Shown: in pieces, positions 34,001-39,506 of the stretch
Layout of the letters: every line of letters begins with the position of its first letter
Numbering within the stretch: position 1 is the first letter of the stretch
From: an uncultured Gammaproteobacteria bacterium
GTDB lineage: Bacteria > Patescibacteriota > Patescibacteriia > SG8-24
Direction of reading: 5' to 3'
Length of the DNA stretch: 64,000 nucleotides
Assembly: GCA_964491475.1 (NCBI GenBank)
Contig: CAZBFO010000003.1
Location: 253,293 to 317,292 of the forward strand
The notes under the pieces: model-generated
Database searches by the model: none
Seen by the model: the letters and a program-made list of their open reading frames with translations, nothing else
What the model was told of the DNA's origin: nothing
Translations under genes and position numbers: made by a program

Positions 34001-35683
34001 GACCGCAATTTCACCCTCGTCCGCATGAACGGCGCCTGGAGGCTCATCGGTTCGAGCGGCGACGGCACCGGCGGCGTCGGCTCCGGTTCGATTATCAAGT
34101 ACAAGTCCGCTGACCAAAGCAGCGTCACCACGACGCTGGCCAATGACTCCGACATGTTCTGGAACATCGGCGCCAACGAGAACTGGTCGGGATTCTTCGC
34201 TGTCCAAGTATTCTCCAACTCGAACAGCCCTGACTTGAACGTCGCCATCACCGCCCCGTCCGGCGCGACTTGCGACATGAGCTACACGCTTCTGAATACG
34301 CCCTCATCCGGAGCGCAGGCCAATCTGGGTTGCGGCACGCGCTCCGCGCAGATCGCTCTCGGCGCCAACACCGAAAACATCCTCTTCATCAGCGCCAACA
34401 TCAGCAACGGCAGTACTGCCGGCTCGGTCAACCTGCAGTTCTCGCAGGACACCGTTGACGCCACCCATGCGACCATCTTCCGACAGGGTTCCTACACCAA
34501 CGCCTTCCGCTCCACCGGCGCGGACGTCGCCGAAGCCTATTACACCGCCGACAGCAGCATGAATGCCGGCGACGTGGTCGCGCTCGATCCGTCGTTCCGC
34601 GCCGGCGTCCGCAAGACCGCCTCGGCCTACGATGCCGGAACCCTCGGCGTCATCACTAGCATGCCCGGACTGGCGCTTAGCGATCCGCTGCGTCCGCAAC
34701 CGGCCGGTACCCGCACCGTCTTCATGGCCCTTAACGGCCGCGTGCCGGTGAAGGTCAGCGACGAGAGCGGCCCGATTGCCGCCGGTGACTTCCTTGCCGC
34801 GTCTTCGACGCCCGGCGTGGCCATGAAGGCCGCCAAGGCCGGACCGGTCATCGGTCGCGCCCTCACGGACTGGGCCGGCACCGGTACGGGAAGCGTCGAC
34901 ATGATCATCTCGCCCGCGCAGCAGAACGCCATCGTGACGCGCGCTGCCGACCCGACCAAGACCGCCGACCAGATCAACTCGGACATCCTGGCCGCCGTTT
35001 CCGCGCAGACCTACGCGCCCGACCAGAGCACCACCGAGCTGAACGTCGACCGCGTGGTCGCCGGCCTGTCAATCATCTCCGACAAGGGCATCTTCAACGG
35101 CCTGACGGTCGACTCCATCGGTTCGCTGCATGACGCCATCACCCTGGCCTCGGATGCGGTCTTCATCGGCCGCCCGTACTTCAACAGCGACACTGCCGGC
35201 TTTGCGGTCATCACCCCCGGCGACAGCAGCGTCAACGTGACCTTCGACAAGCCCTACGAGACGACTCCCGTGGTCAGCGCCACCTTGTCCTTCGACGGCG
35301 ACGCGCCGAGCGACTGGCAGAACATCCGCTACGTGGTCACCGACAAGTCGGTCAACGGCTTCACCATCCGGATGTACCAGCCGATCGGCCAGGACGTGAA
35401 GTTCAGCTGGATCGCGCTGGCGGTAAAGGACGCGCGCACCGCAAAGTCGACTGGCACGACCGCTTCAGTCAGCGTGCCTGCTCCGAGCGGCACGCCGGCG
35501 GGGGATACGGGCACCGGCGACTCCGGCTCGTTCTCCTCGACGACGACCTCTGACGCAGCTCCTTCGAGCGATGCTTCGTCGTCCGATGCCGGCGCGGCGA
35601 GCGCGCCGGCAGATACGGGCGCCGCTGCGCCCACGTCCGATGCTCCTGCATCCGACGCGTCTGCGCCGAGCGCGACCAACTGA
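19016..35683 (+). CDS. giant secreted repeat protein (about 5,555 aa) with tail-fibre-like Thr/Ser/Gly beta repeats and a C-terminal H-type-lectin-like module
   Basis: Single uninterrupted 16.7-kb reading frame. Signal peptide MHFWRNIFRKLLSLAIGVSFVFFGLASAANA. Dozens of reiterated modules: …LDLSTQTTG.I.LTTQV(S/T)GVLPIANGGTNN…, …ADLTAARTWTLPNASGTFAVSASAPISLSAAGNISC(S/P)TC…, …TGRGA(S/T)TSTA…GGATVRGLTVDSATAT…ILTSIA…. A module NP(S/T)FT.VT…NIGN…T(T)NI(Y/F)GTL.L.G.F.P.VDNTY(E/D)LG…LRWKDVWVGPGSYKLSSTTG recurs three times. The C-terminal part contains NGYMYYNGSTNKFRCYENGAWKDC and ends with VNVTFDKPYETTPVVSATLSFDGD…NGFTIRMYQPIG…SWIALAV followed by an acidic Ala/Ser/Pro-rich tail. Confidence 0.85.
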   Translation: MHFWRNIFRKLLSLAIGVSFVFFGLASAANAAVGVPKILSHQGRLLDASQNLLGGAGTNYCFRFSLYDDAAVGGPDVQLWPAGAPSTMTVNVKNGVYNVGVGDVAAGGDLLDYDFQSGDAAYLNIEVANSVAGSCVGVISFENLSPRQRVMSAGYAINSDTVDGFHAKQSADGNFIPALTSGNLILGATNPQINSTGANALVLQGGAATGDVQFFSSLNKLTSAGDLTVAGTVTNAGVIINGATTDIKTGANEDLALDASGTGNIVFVGVDCSGYANGGKLTTNASGVVTCANDDSTSGGGTVTSIDGSGGTTGLTFSGGPVTTSGTLTLGGTLGAANGGTGLTSFTVGDILYASGPTTFSKLGIGSAGQVLKVAGGIPTWGTDNNTTYTAGTGISISLGNVISNTGVVSEADTLATVTGRGATTSTASSFNGGASVRGLTVDSATVTNDKILVSITTVGGASFNGTITNADLTAARTYTLPDVTGTFIVTGSAAGGDLTGTYPNPTIAADAVALGTDTTGNYVATVSGGGPISVSGTGEGAAVTVSCPTCLVTGGSLWTLAASAGSDSTISQGDTATFAAGSSKVTTTNDGAGTVSIDVAEANLNLNNIGGSLDLSTQTTGTISLTTQVTGVLPIANGGTNGSSFTTNTLTYFDGTSIVSTGINPSSVVTTTNVSSNAVTSVTAGNGLTGGGGPGAITVHVGAGNGIAVAANDVSVAVTSSGTTATTSSNSGIESTSTGIRLLGGCTGGEILKWNSGTSTWDCSADSTAGTLTARETDGSPSLAATTIEFGPTSSSDDEFVVTNEGSGVARVRTGTKIPRTDVAATVTGGWTFNSATSFTSTVDASGATFLGATPLIFEGGTVDAFKTAFNITDPTASNTITFPDASGTVAVSASGPISLSAAGNISCPTCLVSGSSLWTSAGDVGSFAVSQGGTATFAGGLGIDTSAAGSTVTIAVDESALDLANIGGFLDLSTQTTGTISLTTQVSGVLPIANGGTNNTSFTANRLTYFDGTKIASTSIDPANVLVSGGSLYTLAATSGSNSTISQGGTATIAAGTDISTTGNGSGTVTIADTSTLSSVTGRGASTSTAVSLNGGATVRGLTVDSATATEDRILTSIAATGAARFDGTITNADLTAARTWTLPNASGTFAVSASAPISLSAAGNVSCPTCLTSGSTVFTLAATSGSSQALASGDTITIAAGSNVTTTAGATDTVTVAVVSNPTFTTVTATDVDNAATLNLGASSTTVNIGNPSSTTNIYGTLSLAGDFAPSVDNTYELGTASLRWKDVWVGPGSYKLSSTAGNSGSGTDYTLGSLSFSGTDLVLKSDVVGLGTQGSLRLTTASNYGVVVGPSGEVSVGFGGSNLGAGIVHTDAFGVLSSSALDLTAEVGTSVLPIANGGTNNTSFTANRLTYFDGTKIASTTINPANVLLSGGSLFTAAATSGSNSTILQGGTLTLAAGTDISTTGSGSGTVTVADTSTLASVTGRGATTSTAITLTGGATISGGVDLSSAILAGTNPLVFDGTTVDANTTALSFVDPTGTNVITFPDASGYVLLSGGNLFTLAGSSGSNSTINQGGTATVAGASGRVSATGNGSGTVTIDVIESGLSLASMGGSLDLTTQVSGVLPIANGGSNSSGPFVTGELLSFDGSSFVSSGISAASVVTSGTAAGGDLTGFYPNPTVAANAVALGTDTTGNYVATVAGSGPISVAGSGGESANVTVSCPTCVTTSSSNVWTLSGSTGTSTAIGYGDTATVAAGSSKVSSVGDGAGSVAIDVVEANLNLNNIGGSLDLSTQTTGQIDLTTQVTGVLPIANGGTNNTGFTTNRLVYFDGSQLTSTSINPTDVLLSGGSLFSTAGNSGTSTISQGGTLSILGGTDVTTTDDGSGNITVDDTSTLASVTGRGSSTSTAVSLNGGASVRGLTVDDVTATHDRILTSIAATGAVRFDGTITNADLTAARTWTLPNASGTFAVSASAPISLSAAGNISCSTCLVSGGSLFSSLGDTGTSSISQGGSLKIAGGSNITTSDNGAGIITVATSANPSFTSVTSDTFDSSSTTLNLGPTNATTINIGNGGSTTNIFGTLVLDGGFNPAVDNTYDLGSPALRWKTVYVGPGSYHLTSTTGTSGSGANYTDGSLAFGGTNLKLATAAVGTGAIGSLQLTTGSNAGVNVDSTGKVGVGTASPTALLSVGSASDFTVDNSGNVTASGDAAVNGGNLTTTASTGNLFSTNATTVNLGDAADTVNLAGGSGSTGCTIDLNGNFSCTGSVTGGGTVGGSGAQYHTAVWASANTLADVGPGTAGQLLISQGGSAYPAYTTVSGDATINGSGVLTISANAVALGTDTTGNYVASVSATGPISISGTPGEGWTPNVSCPTCVTTSSTGVWTLSGSTGSSTSINYGDTATVAAGSSKVSAVGSGTGSVAIDVVEANLNLNSIGGSLDLSTQTTGFLSLTTQVTGVLPIANGGTNNTSFTTNRLTYFDGTKIASTAIDPSTVLVSGSALFNSAGDTGTSSVSQGDTLTFVGGTDVSTADDGARNVTINDISTLATVTGRGATTSTAVTLTGGATVRGLTVDSSTATNDKILTSITTVGAASFNGTITNADLTAARTWTLPNASGTFAVSASAPISLSAAGNISCSTCVTTGGSLFTLAGSTGSNSTISQGGTATIAAGSSKVTAAGNGTGTVSIDVVEANLNLNNIGGSLDLSTQTTGTIDLTTQVSGVLPIANGGSNADGTGYTANRLLAFDGTSFVTTSINPANVLLSGGSLFTSQGDSGSSTISQGGTLKVAGGTDVTTSDSGSGVITVNDSSTLASVTGRGASTSTASSFNGGATVRGLTVDSATATEDRILTSVAATGAARFDGTITNADLTAARTWTLPNASGTFAVSASAPIALSAAGNISCSTCVTTATTLFNFAGTSGSASTITSGGTATVTAGTNMTTTGSGGSGSGAVTVAVVANPSFTSVTSDTFDSSSTTLNLGPTNATTINIGNGGSTTNIYGTLSLAGDFSPSVDNTYELGAEQLRWKDVWVGPGSYKLSSTTGTSGSGTDYTLGSLSFGGTNMVLKTEAVGAGVTGSVQVTTGSNVGLNVDSTGKVGINTASPSAAFAVGTGSPFTVDNSGNVITSGNATVNGDTALGDAATDGITLTGEVRGASPIRFEGATNDNTYTTIAVVDPTASRTINLPNASGTFAVSASAPLSLSAAGNLTCSTCVTTSSTGVWTLAGSTGSSTSINYGDTATVAAGSSKVSAVGSGSGSVAIDVVEANLNLANIGGSLDLTTQVTGVLPIANGGTNNTSFTTNRLTYFDGTSIASTTINPSNVLLSGGSLFTAAATSGSSSTISQGGTLTLAAGTDISTTGNGSGTVTVADTSTLATVTGRGATTSTAVSLTGGATVRGETIDTATATDDLIAVSVTAGGAARFTGTVTNADLTAARTWTLPNASGTFAVSASAPITLSAAGDIGCSTCLTTGSNIFTLAGTSGSNQTLTNGDTITIAAGTNITTTGGATDTVTVATVANPTFSTSVTTPSVDNGASGITIGSGSGTTTITSSNWGVSSAGAISGLTGISSSGTVTLTGLTASRFVTTDGSSNLTTSQNSAALSATLTDETGSGAAVFGTSPAITTSLTTGSASFDLLNATATTVNFAGAATTLAIGAATGTATVNNATVTLANATTVNVNGASPSIVTSSAGTASVFNTNATTLNMGGAATTVAIGVAGASGTMNLMGGSGSTGCTVDGSNGNLACSGTITSTATSGNIGWWNRTGTTLSPSNSGDNVTTSGNVSTTGSGTITSAALLTASNGFTQTTGATNVTGTSGSIALTGFGSTSITSTNSGSNAFSLSDSALTTASLASLTSTNNSAANTAWSADVFNVTNAQGTTAVSTGSIAGVDVQFTQGTTVAGNNDTALRVNLAQNNSSSTDATLSSLVSLANNDTATGNQITVTDGLNIAGANVTNGINLSGTFGTNLITSSNFSVTQAGLVTTADDIAVNGADVTTTSSGTATLFNTNATTLNAGGAATTVNVGIAGASGTMALMGGSGSTGCTVDGSNGNFTCSGTITSTATSGNLGWWNRTGTTLSPVNAGDNVTTTGNVSTTSSGTITSAGTLTASNGFTQTTGATSVTGTSGSIALTGFGSTAITSTTATGNVFNLADTSLTTGTGFRSATTSTATTNTAFSANVFAATFAQATAANTSGVNGLDVQWTQNPTVAGNTNESMLRLQNQLVNSTTDTSVANGLLIDNADTSATGSTAITNAINISQSGGLATTAAYTNYLNATNWSVTSAGAETLASDLAVNGGNLTSSATTFNLLNSGVTTLNEGGAATTVAIGIAGASGTMDLMGGSGSTGCTINGSNGNLTCSGTISGTFAVKWSDLQNPTANESLAMGANTSTFTYNATTGAGVNLYTLVDTASNTGTGYILSAETAASSAAKPFRVVARANTIIDTTSTGGVTIGNATAAQAVTVDAGTATLNFGNSNNARAINIGTGTAVDTIHIGDGGTGADVITIGSNVAGQTLALDAGTGAAAITIGNSATAHGIQIGTGAAVQTISIGSTNSTSATTVSAGSGNLALTATSGGVNLSTTTSGTINFQPLGSGTTGIVQVGAGGAGSTTPDLLAVDVKSNAGDPATTQNGYMYYNGSTNKFRCYENGAWKDCDTNTGSAPRLDQIIAATAANTIANANFAQTWNWGTLTTQTAMTFGGGSAMTTGSVFNLSGGTYVHTGTVTETGSLATLNVTDSSSNTGGNPVTNGLLITPTFSTTASAGTKVLNGLKVDPTLTSCGTTAGTCTLSDIVANTPALTQTTTNTMNINALQLPTAGALVQNTAAGTINWNGLTMQMPNITQTTGTVTSTGVKVTGGTVTSGTSYAFVSDSNAGNVGVGTLTPTRTLDVNGNMGGSSVTSAQSLTSTQTVTVSTKAVAFYLSEDSTTTNSDVDITFNLTGLPDVDGTYAFFYLSAKKGVTTNAHLTTVDVSINGNAITNALVKSSTATVASTIDRNFTLVRMNGAWRLIGSSGDGTGGVGSGSIIKYKSADQSSVTTTLANDSDMFWNIGANENWSGFFAVQVFSNSNSPDLNVAITAPSGATCDMSYTLLNTPSSGAQANLGCGTRSAQIALGANTENILFISANISNGSTAGSVNLQFSQDTVDATHATIFRQGSYTNAFRSTGADVAEAYYTADSSMNAGDVVALDPSFRAGVRKTASAYDAGTLGVITSMPGLALSDPLRPQPAGTRTVFMALNGRVPVKVSDESGPIAAGDFLAASSTPGVAMKAAKAGPVIGRALTDWAGTGTGSVDMIISPAQQNAIVTRAADPTKTADQINSDILAAVSAQTYAPDQSTTELNVDRVVAGLSIISDKGIFNGLTVDSIGSLHDAITLASDAVFIGRPYFNSDTAGFAVITPGDSSVNVTFDKPYETTPVVSATLSFDGDAPSDWQNIRYVVTDKSVNGFTIRMYQPIGQDVKFSWIALAVKDARTAKSTGTTASVSVPAPSGTPAGDTGTGDSGSFSSTTTSDAAPSSDASSSDAGAASAPADTGAAAPTSDAPASDASAPSATN
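22680..29650 (+). repeat. mosaic coding super-repeats (about 2.5-2.8 kb units built from shorter ~0.6-0.7 kb modules) within the giant gene, with long near-identical DNA stretches
   Basis: For example, 25150-25270 and 27905-28025 are almost identical (…CACCTCGGTCAC(T/C)TCCGACACCTTCGACAGCTC…ACCATCAACATCGGCAACGGCGGATCGACCACCAACATCT…). GCCGACCTGACCGCAGCCCGCACCTGGACGCTCCCGAACGCCAGCGGCACCTTCGCGGTGTCG recurs at about 22425, 24885, 26826, 27625 and 29305. Boundaries are approximate. Confidence 0.6.
30110..32100 (+). repeat. second coding repeat family (three ~0.9-kb units) within the giant gene
   Basis: ATTLN.GGAATTV.IG.AGASGTM.LMGGSGSTGCT(V/I)DGSNGN..CSGTI recurs at about 30115, 31045 and 31955 with identical DNA cores (GGCGGCTCCGGCTCCACCGGCTGCACCGTCGACGG). 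Boundaries are approximate. Confidence 0.55.
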
Positions 35684-35733
35684 TTGACGGCGCGGGATGG
35701 TAGCCGTACCGTTGCACCGTAGAACACCCCTTA

Positions 35734-36162
35734 ATGCTGAAACGTATGAAATCGGTCCTCAAGTACCTCGGGGCGAGCGCGGTCATCCTTCTCCTTGCCG
35801 GTTCGCTGGCCGAAAATGCGCTGCAGTACGGGCAAATCAAGGCGCTCAAGTCCGATCCGGCCTACACGGCCTCGAAGGAAACCGCGTCGCTCATCGCCGC
35901 TGTCGGCCGCCTGATGGTCCTGCCGGACGAGACGCCGACCATCGCCACGGTCGACGACATGGACAAGCTGAAGGGTCAGGCGTTCTTCGCCAACGCCAAG
36001 AAAGGGGACAAGGTGCTGATCTTCACGAACGCCAAGAAGGCCGTGCTGTACGACCCCGTAGCCGACAAGATCGTCGAGTCGGCGCCGCTCTCCGCCGCCA
36101 GCGCCCCGGCATCGGATGACTCGACCAAGACGGATACCTCCCAAAAAGACACTTCGCAGTAA
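35734..36162 (+). CDS. hypothetical small secreted/membrane-anchored protein
   Basis: 142 aa, starting about 50 nt after the giant-gene stop. N-terminal signal/anchor MLKRMKSVLKYLGASAVILLLAGSLA. Ends in an acidic, Ser/Thr-rich tail. Confidence 0.5.
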   Translation: MLKRMKSVLKYLGASAVILLLAGSLAENALQYGQIKALKSDPAYTASKETASLIAAVGRLMVLPDETPTIATVDDMDKLKGQAFFANAKKGDKVLIFTNAKKAVLYDPVADKIVESAPLSAASAPASDDSTKTDTSQKDTSQ

Positions 36163-36171
36163 GCAACGCCG

Positions 36172-38691
36172 TTGCATGCCACGACGATGACGACTTGGAA
36201 ACGCGCAATCCGGTTGCTGGGCGGAATCGCGCTTGCCGTCGCAATGACGGCGGGCGCGACGTCCGTTGCGTTTGCCGACAATTACTCCAGCGCCAGCTTC
36301 ACCGTCAGCAACCCGGTCATCGACAACGGCGGGGGATTGTCGTCATCCGCGCACTTCCTGAACTATTCCAGTTTCGGACAGACCCAGTTCGAGGTGGAAT
36401 CCAGTTCCAACTTCATCGACTGCAACGGCTTCCTGTATTTCGAGTCGGCCAGCAAGCCCACGGTGACTTCGCTGACCGCCGGCAACGCCACGGTGACCCT
36501 GGGGTGGGCCACCTCTTTCGGCGTCTGCGGCAACGTCATCACCAAATACAAGATCGGCGTTTCCGGCGCCAGCGGCGGCCCGTACGTCTTCGGCGACGAG
36601 GTCGCCGGCAACGTGCTGACGTTTCCCAAGACCGGCCTCACCAACTGCACGCCCTACTACTTCGTGATCCAGGCGATTTCCGGCACTACGGTGCTGGCGA
36701 CTTCTGCCGAGGTCACCGGTACGCCTACCAATGGCAGCTGCAGCGGAGGGGGCGGAGGAGGGGGCGGTGGCGGTGGCTGCGGCTTGAACTGCGGCGACCA
36801 CATCTGCTGCATCAATTACGAGAACACCGCCTCGTGCCCTTCGGACTGCCCGGCCCCGCCGCCGTCGCCACCGGCTCCGGTGGTTACGCCTCCCGGCCCG
36901 CAGTGCGTGCCGCAATGTTCAAGCGTGTCTTATGACTTGTACATCGTAGACCCCGACGGTACCGAACGTCACAGCGGCACTTCCTGGACGCATGACCGCG
37001 CTATCGACGCTAGCACCGTCGAGCACGCCTTTGAGGACAAGGGCAACGACTTCGACTACAACGACGTCATCGTCGACGTCAACAAGGCCGACTGCCACAC
37101 TTTGTCCGCCAAGGTGGTCAGCATCGACGCCGGCTGGCACCACCAGATCTGGTTCGCGCTGTACTACGACGGCGTCAAGAAGCGCACCGTGATGATTTCG
37201 CCGGACTCTCACCAGGCGGCCGGTTCGTCGCTAGTCATCGACGGCGGCACGCCCGACATGTGCGGCGGCTCCAACGCCCTGACCGTGGTGGTCAGCGGCC
37301 CGGACGGCAAGCCTGAACCCATCCGCGAGGGCGACCTGATCAAGGCCGACCAGGACACCGTCTACTACTACGGCCGTGACGGCAAACGTCACCCTTTCCC
37401 GCATTTCAAGATTTACGACAGCTGGTACGGAGACAAGTTCGCAGCAGTCAGGCATATCGCGCCGGCCGATTTGGCCACGATTCCGGTCGGTCCGAACGTG
37501 CTCTACCGCCCGGGCAGCCGCTTGGTAAAGCTGCTGACCGATCCCAAGGTGTACGCGGTCGCGGCACAAGGCGTCTTGCGCTGGGTCACCACCGGCGACG
37601 TCGCCACCTCGCTGTTCGGCACCAACTGGAAGCGCTTCGTCGAAGACCTGAACGACGCTTTCTTCAACGACTACGTCATCGGCGCGCCCATCAACGCCCC
37701 GGGCGAATACGGCGCCGCGTCGGACTACGCCAAGTACAAGAGCATCGACGACAACCAGAAGCTGCCGACGACCTCGCCGCCGCAGCTGCCGCCGGTCAGC
37801 TCGACGGTGCTGCCTGCCTGCACGGTCGCCTCGCCTTTCGAAAGCATCCTCGGCGTCGGGGTGACCGACCCGCAGGTGCAGACGCTGCAGCAGCTGCTGC
37901 AGTGCCTGGGCTTCTTTCCTGCTGCGGTTACGCCGAACGGCATTTACGGTGCGGCCACCGAATCGGCAGTGAAGGACTTTCAGGACGCCAACGGCCTCAA
38001 CGTGGTCGGTTTCCTCTCCAATGAGACCCGTTCGATGCTGAACCGTTTCGTCCTGCCGCCCAACTCTGAAGTGATTCCCGAGACGCCGGTTCCGGTTCCG
38101 ACGCCGGTTCCCGCGACGCCCGTGGCAGCGGCGCCAACGCCCACCTGCACGGCTTCCTCACCGACGACGCACTCCTTCGGTGCCGGCAGCACGGATTCGC
38201 AGGTGCTTCCTATGCAGCAGCTGCTGCGGTGCCTGGGCTTCTTCCCCAAGACGGTCGCGCCCAACGGCGTGATGGGCCCGACCACCGTGGCCTCGCTCAA
38301 GGCCTTCCAGACGGCCAACGGCCTGACGGCGACAGGCGCTACCAACGATGCCACCAACACCAAGCTCAACAGCTACATTCCGGGGACGCCGACCGGCAAC
38401 ACCACGACCACGGGTTCCGCGTCGAGTTCCGCGCCATCTCCGGCTCCGACGGCCTGCACGGCGTCCGTGACGTTCAACAAGCAGTTGCAGGCCGGGGACG
38501 AGGATCCGCAGGCGCTGGCGTTGCAGCAGCTGCTGCGGTGCCTGGGCTTCTTCCCCAAGACGGTCGCGCCCAACGGCGTGATGGGCCCGACCACCGTGGC
38601 CTCGCTCAAGGCCTTCCAGACGGCAAAGGGCATCTCGGCCACGGGCATCATCGGTCCGCTGACGCAGGCGGCACTGAACGCCTACCGTTAA
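36172..38691 (+). CDS. secreted cell-wall-associated multidomain protein with three C-terminal peptidoglycan-binding (PG_binding_1-like) repeats
   Basis: Signal peptide …LLGGIALAVAMTAGATSVAFA. FN3-like beta region. Poly-Gly/Cys-rich segment CSGGGGGGGGGGGCGLNCGDHICC and a Pro-rich linker. GNDFDYNDVIVDV motif reminiscent of DUF4114. Three repeats of LQQLL(Q/R)CLGFFP…VAPNG.(Y/M)G..T…(V/L)KAFQ.ANGL. Starts 10 nt after the previous stop. Confidence 0.7.
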   Translation: MHATTMTTWKRAIRLLGGIALAVAMTAGATSVAFADNYSSASFTVSNPVIDNGGGLSSSAHFLNYSSFGQTQFEVESSSNFIDCNGFLYFESASKPTVTSLTAGNATVTLGWATSFGVCGNVITKYKIGVSGASGGPYVFGDEVAGNVLTFPKTGLTNCTPYYFVIQAISGTTVLATSAEVTGTPTNGSCSGGGGGGGGGGGCGLNCGDHICCINYENTASCPSDCPAPPPSPPAPVVTPPGPQCVPQCSSVSYDLYIVDPDGTERHSGTSWTHDRAIDASTVEHAFEDKGNDFDYNDVIVDVNKADCHTLSAKVVSIDAGWHHQIWFALYYDGVKKRTVMISPDSHQAAGSSLVIDGGTPDMCGGSNALTVVVSGPDGKPEPIREGDLIKADQDTVYYYGRDGKRHPFPHFKIYDSWYGDKFAAVRHIAPADLATIPVGPNVLYRPGSRLVKLLTDPKVYAVAAQGVLRWVTTGDVATSLFGTNWKRFVEDLNDAFFNDYVIGAPINAPGEYGAASDYAKYKSIDDNQKLPTTSPPQLPPVSSTVLPACTVASPFESILGVGVTDPQVQTLQQLLQCLGFFPAAVTPNGIYGAATESAVKDFQDANGLNVVGFLSNETRSMLNRFVLPPNSEVIPETPVPVPTPVPATPVAAAPTPTCTASSPTTHSFGAGSTDSQVLPMQQLLRCLGFFPKTVAPNGVMGPTTVASLKAFQTANGLTATGATNDATNTKLNSYIPGTPTGNTTTTGSASSSAPSPAPTACTASVTFNKQLQAGDEDPQALALQQLLRCLGFFPKTVAPNGVMGPTTVASLKAFQTAKGISATGIIGPLTQAALNAYR

Positions 38692-38761
38692 AAGCGCGGC
38701 GCTATGCCGGATGGTGCGGACCGTCCGGCATTTGCTATACTTCCCGTGGATAACAGGCCGC

Positions 38762-39493
38762 ATGGAGGCCGCTCCCCCAAGCAACATGCCAAAACTCCTC
38801 GAAATCATCGTGGTGCTCATCATTTCCACTTACACGGCAGTAATGGGCTATTCGTTCGGCGTGGTCACCGAGACTGACGCCTCCATTGCGACCTCGTTCA
38901 TGCGGCAGATCATGCATCGGCCGGGCGACACCTCCACCTACGCCACCCGCGATTGGAAGACTTGGAACGACGGCAGGTTCGATAACGCCGGCAAGACCTA
39001 CTCGGGATTCTCCGTCAAGTACCCGCGCGACTTCGAAGCGGTCCATGGAGAGGAGGCCAACGGTAATTTTGTCGGCAGGCCTTCGGTGAAGCTGTCCTTC
39101 CCTCGGGATGCCTACGCCACGCCCAAAACCAACTTCGGCGAGGCCTATATGACCATCAGCGTCGATGACGCCAAGGATGCCGTGCGGTCCTGCTACAATA
39201 ACCCCGACGCTGCCGCACCGGAAAAGACCCTTCAAAACGTGGTGACCGTGGCTGGCATCGGCTTCCATCGTGCCGAAGTACGTGACGCGGCCGCAGGCAA
39301 TCGCTATGATTCGCGCGTGTATCGCGTCTTGCGCGGTTCGCGCTGCTACGAAGCCGTGCTGACGGTCCATACCGGCGCCATCGGCAACTACGATCCCGGT
39401 ACCGTCGCCGAGTTCGACAAAGAGAAGGCGTTCTCCCTGCTGCAGAAGATGCTGACTACCTTCCAGTTCACCGACAAGGCGCCGACGCCCTAA
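38762..39493 (+). CDS. hypothetical secreted/membrane-anchored protein
   Basis: N-terminal transmembrane segment MPKLLEIIVVLIISTYTAVMGYSF. No recognisable domain. Start ambiguous (38762 or 38786). Confidence 0.45.
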   Translation: MEAAPPSNMPKLLEIIVVLIISTYTAVMGYSFGVVTETDASIATSFMRQIMHRPGDTSTYATRDWKTWNDGRFDNAGKTYSGFSVKYPRDFEAVHGEEANGNFVGRPSVKLSFPRDAYATPKTNFGEAYMTISVDDAKDAVRSCYNNPDAAAPEKTLQNVVTVAGIGFHRAEVRDAAAGNRYDSRVYRVLRGSRCYEAVLTVHTGAIGNYDPGTVAEFDKEKAFSLLQKMLTTFQFTDKAPTP

Positions 39494-39506
39494 CCTCCAT
39501 TCGCGC

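Noticed and set aside
19477-35849. Many long minus-strand ORFs (for example 19664..21118, 20581..22797, 24584..25867, 28457..33178, 29470..31833) lying antisense to the giant gene.
   Set aside because: They are perfectly nested antisense to a gene with strong repeat and codon structure. High G+C with GC3 bias suppresses stop codons in the opposite frames. Their translations are Arg/Gly/Ala or Val/Pro low-complexity strings without starts, ribosome-binding sites or motifs.
36195-36935. 246-aa alternative-frame ORF and 190-aa antisense ORF (36343..36915) over the start of the PG-binding protein gene.
   Set aside because: Gly/Arg-rich artefacts produced by the poly-Gly/Cys coding segment. The annotated frame has a signal peptide and domain motifs.
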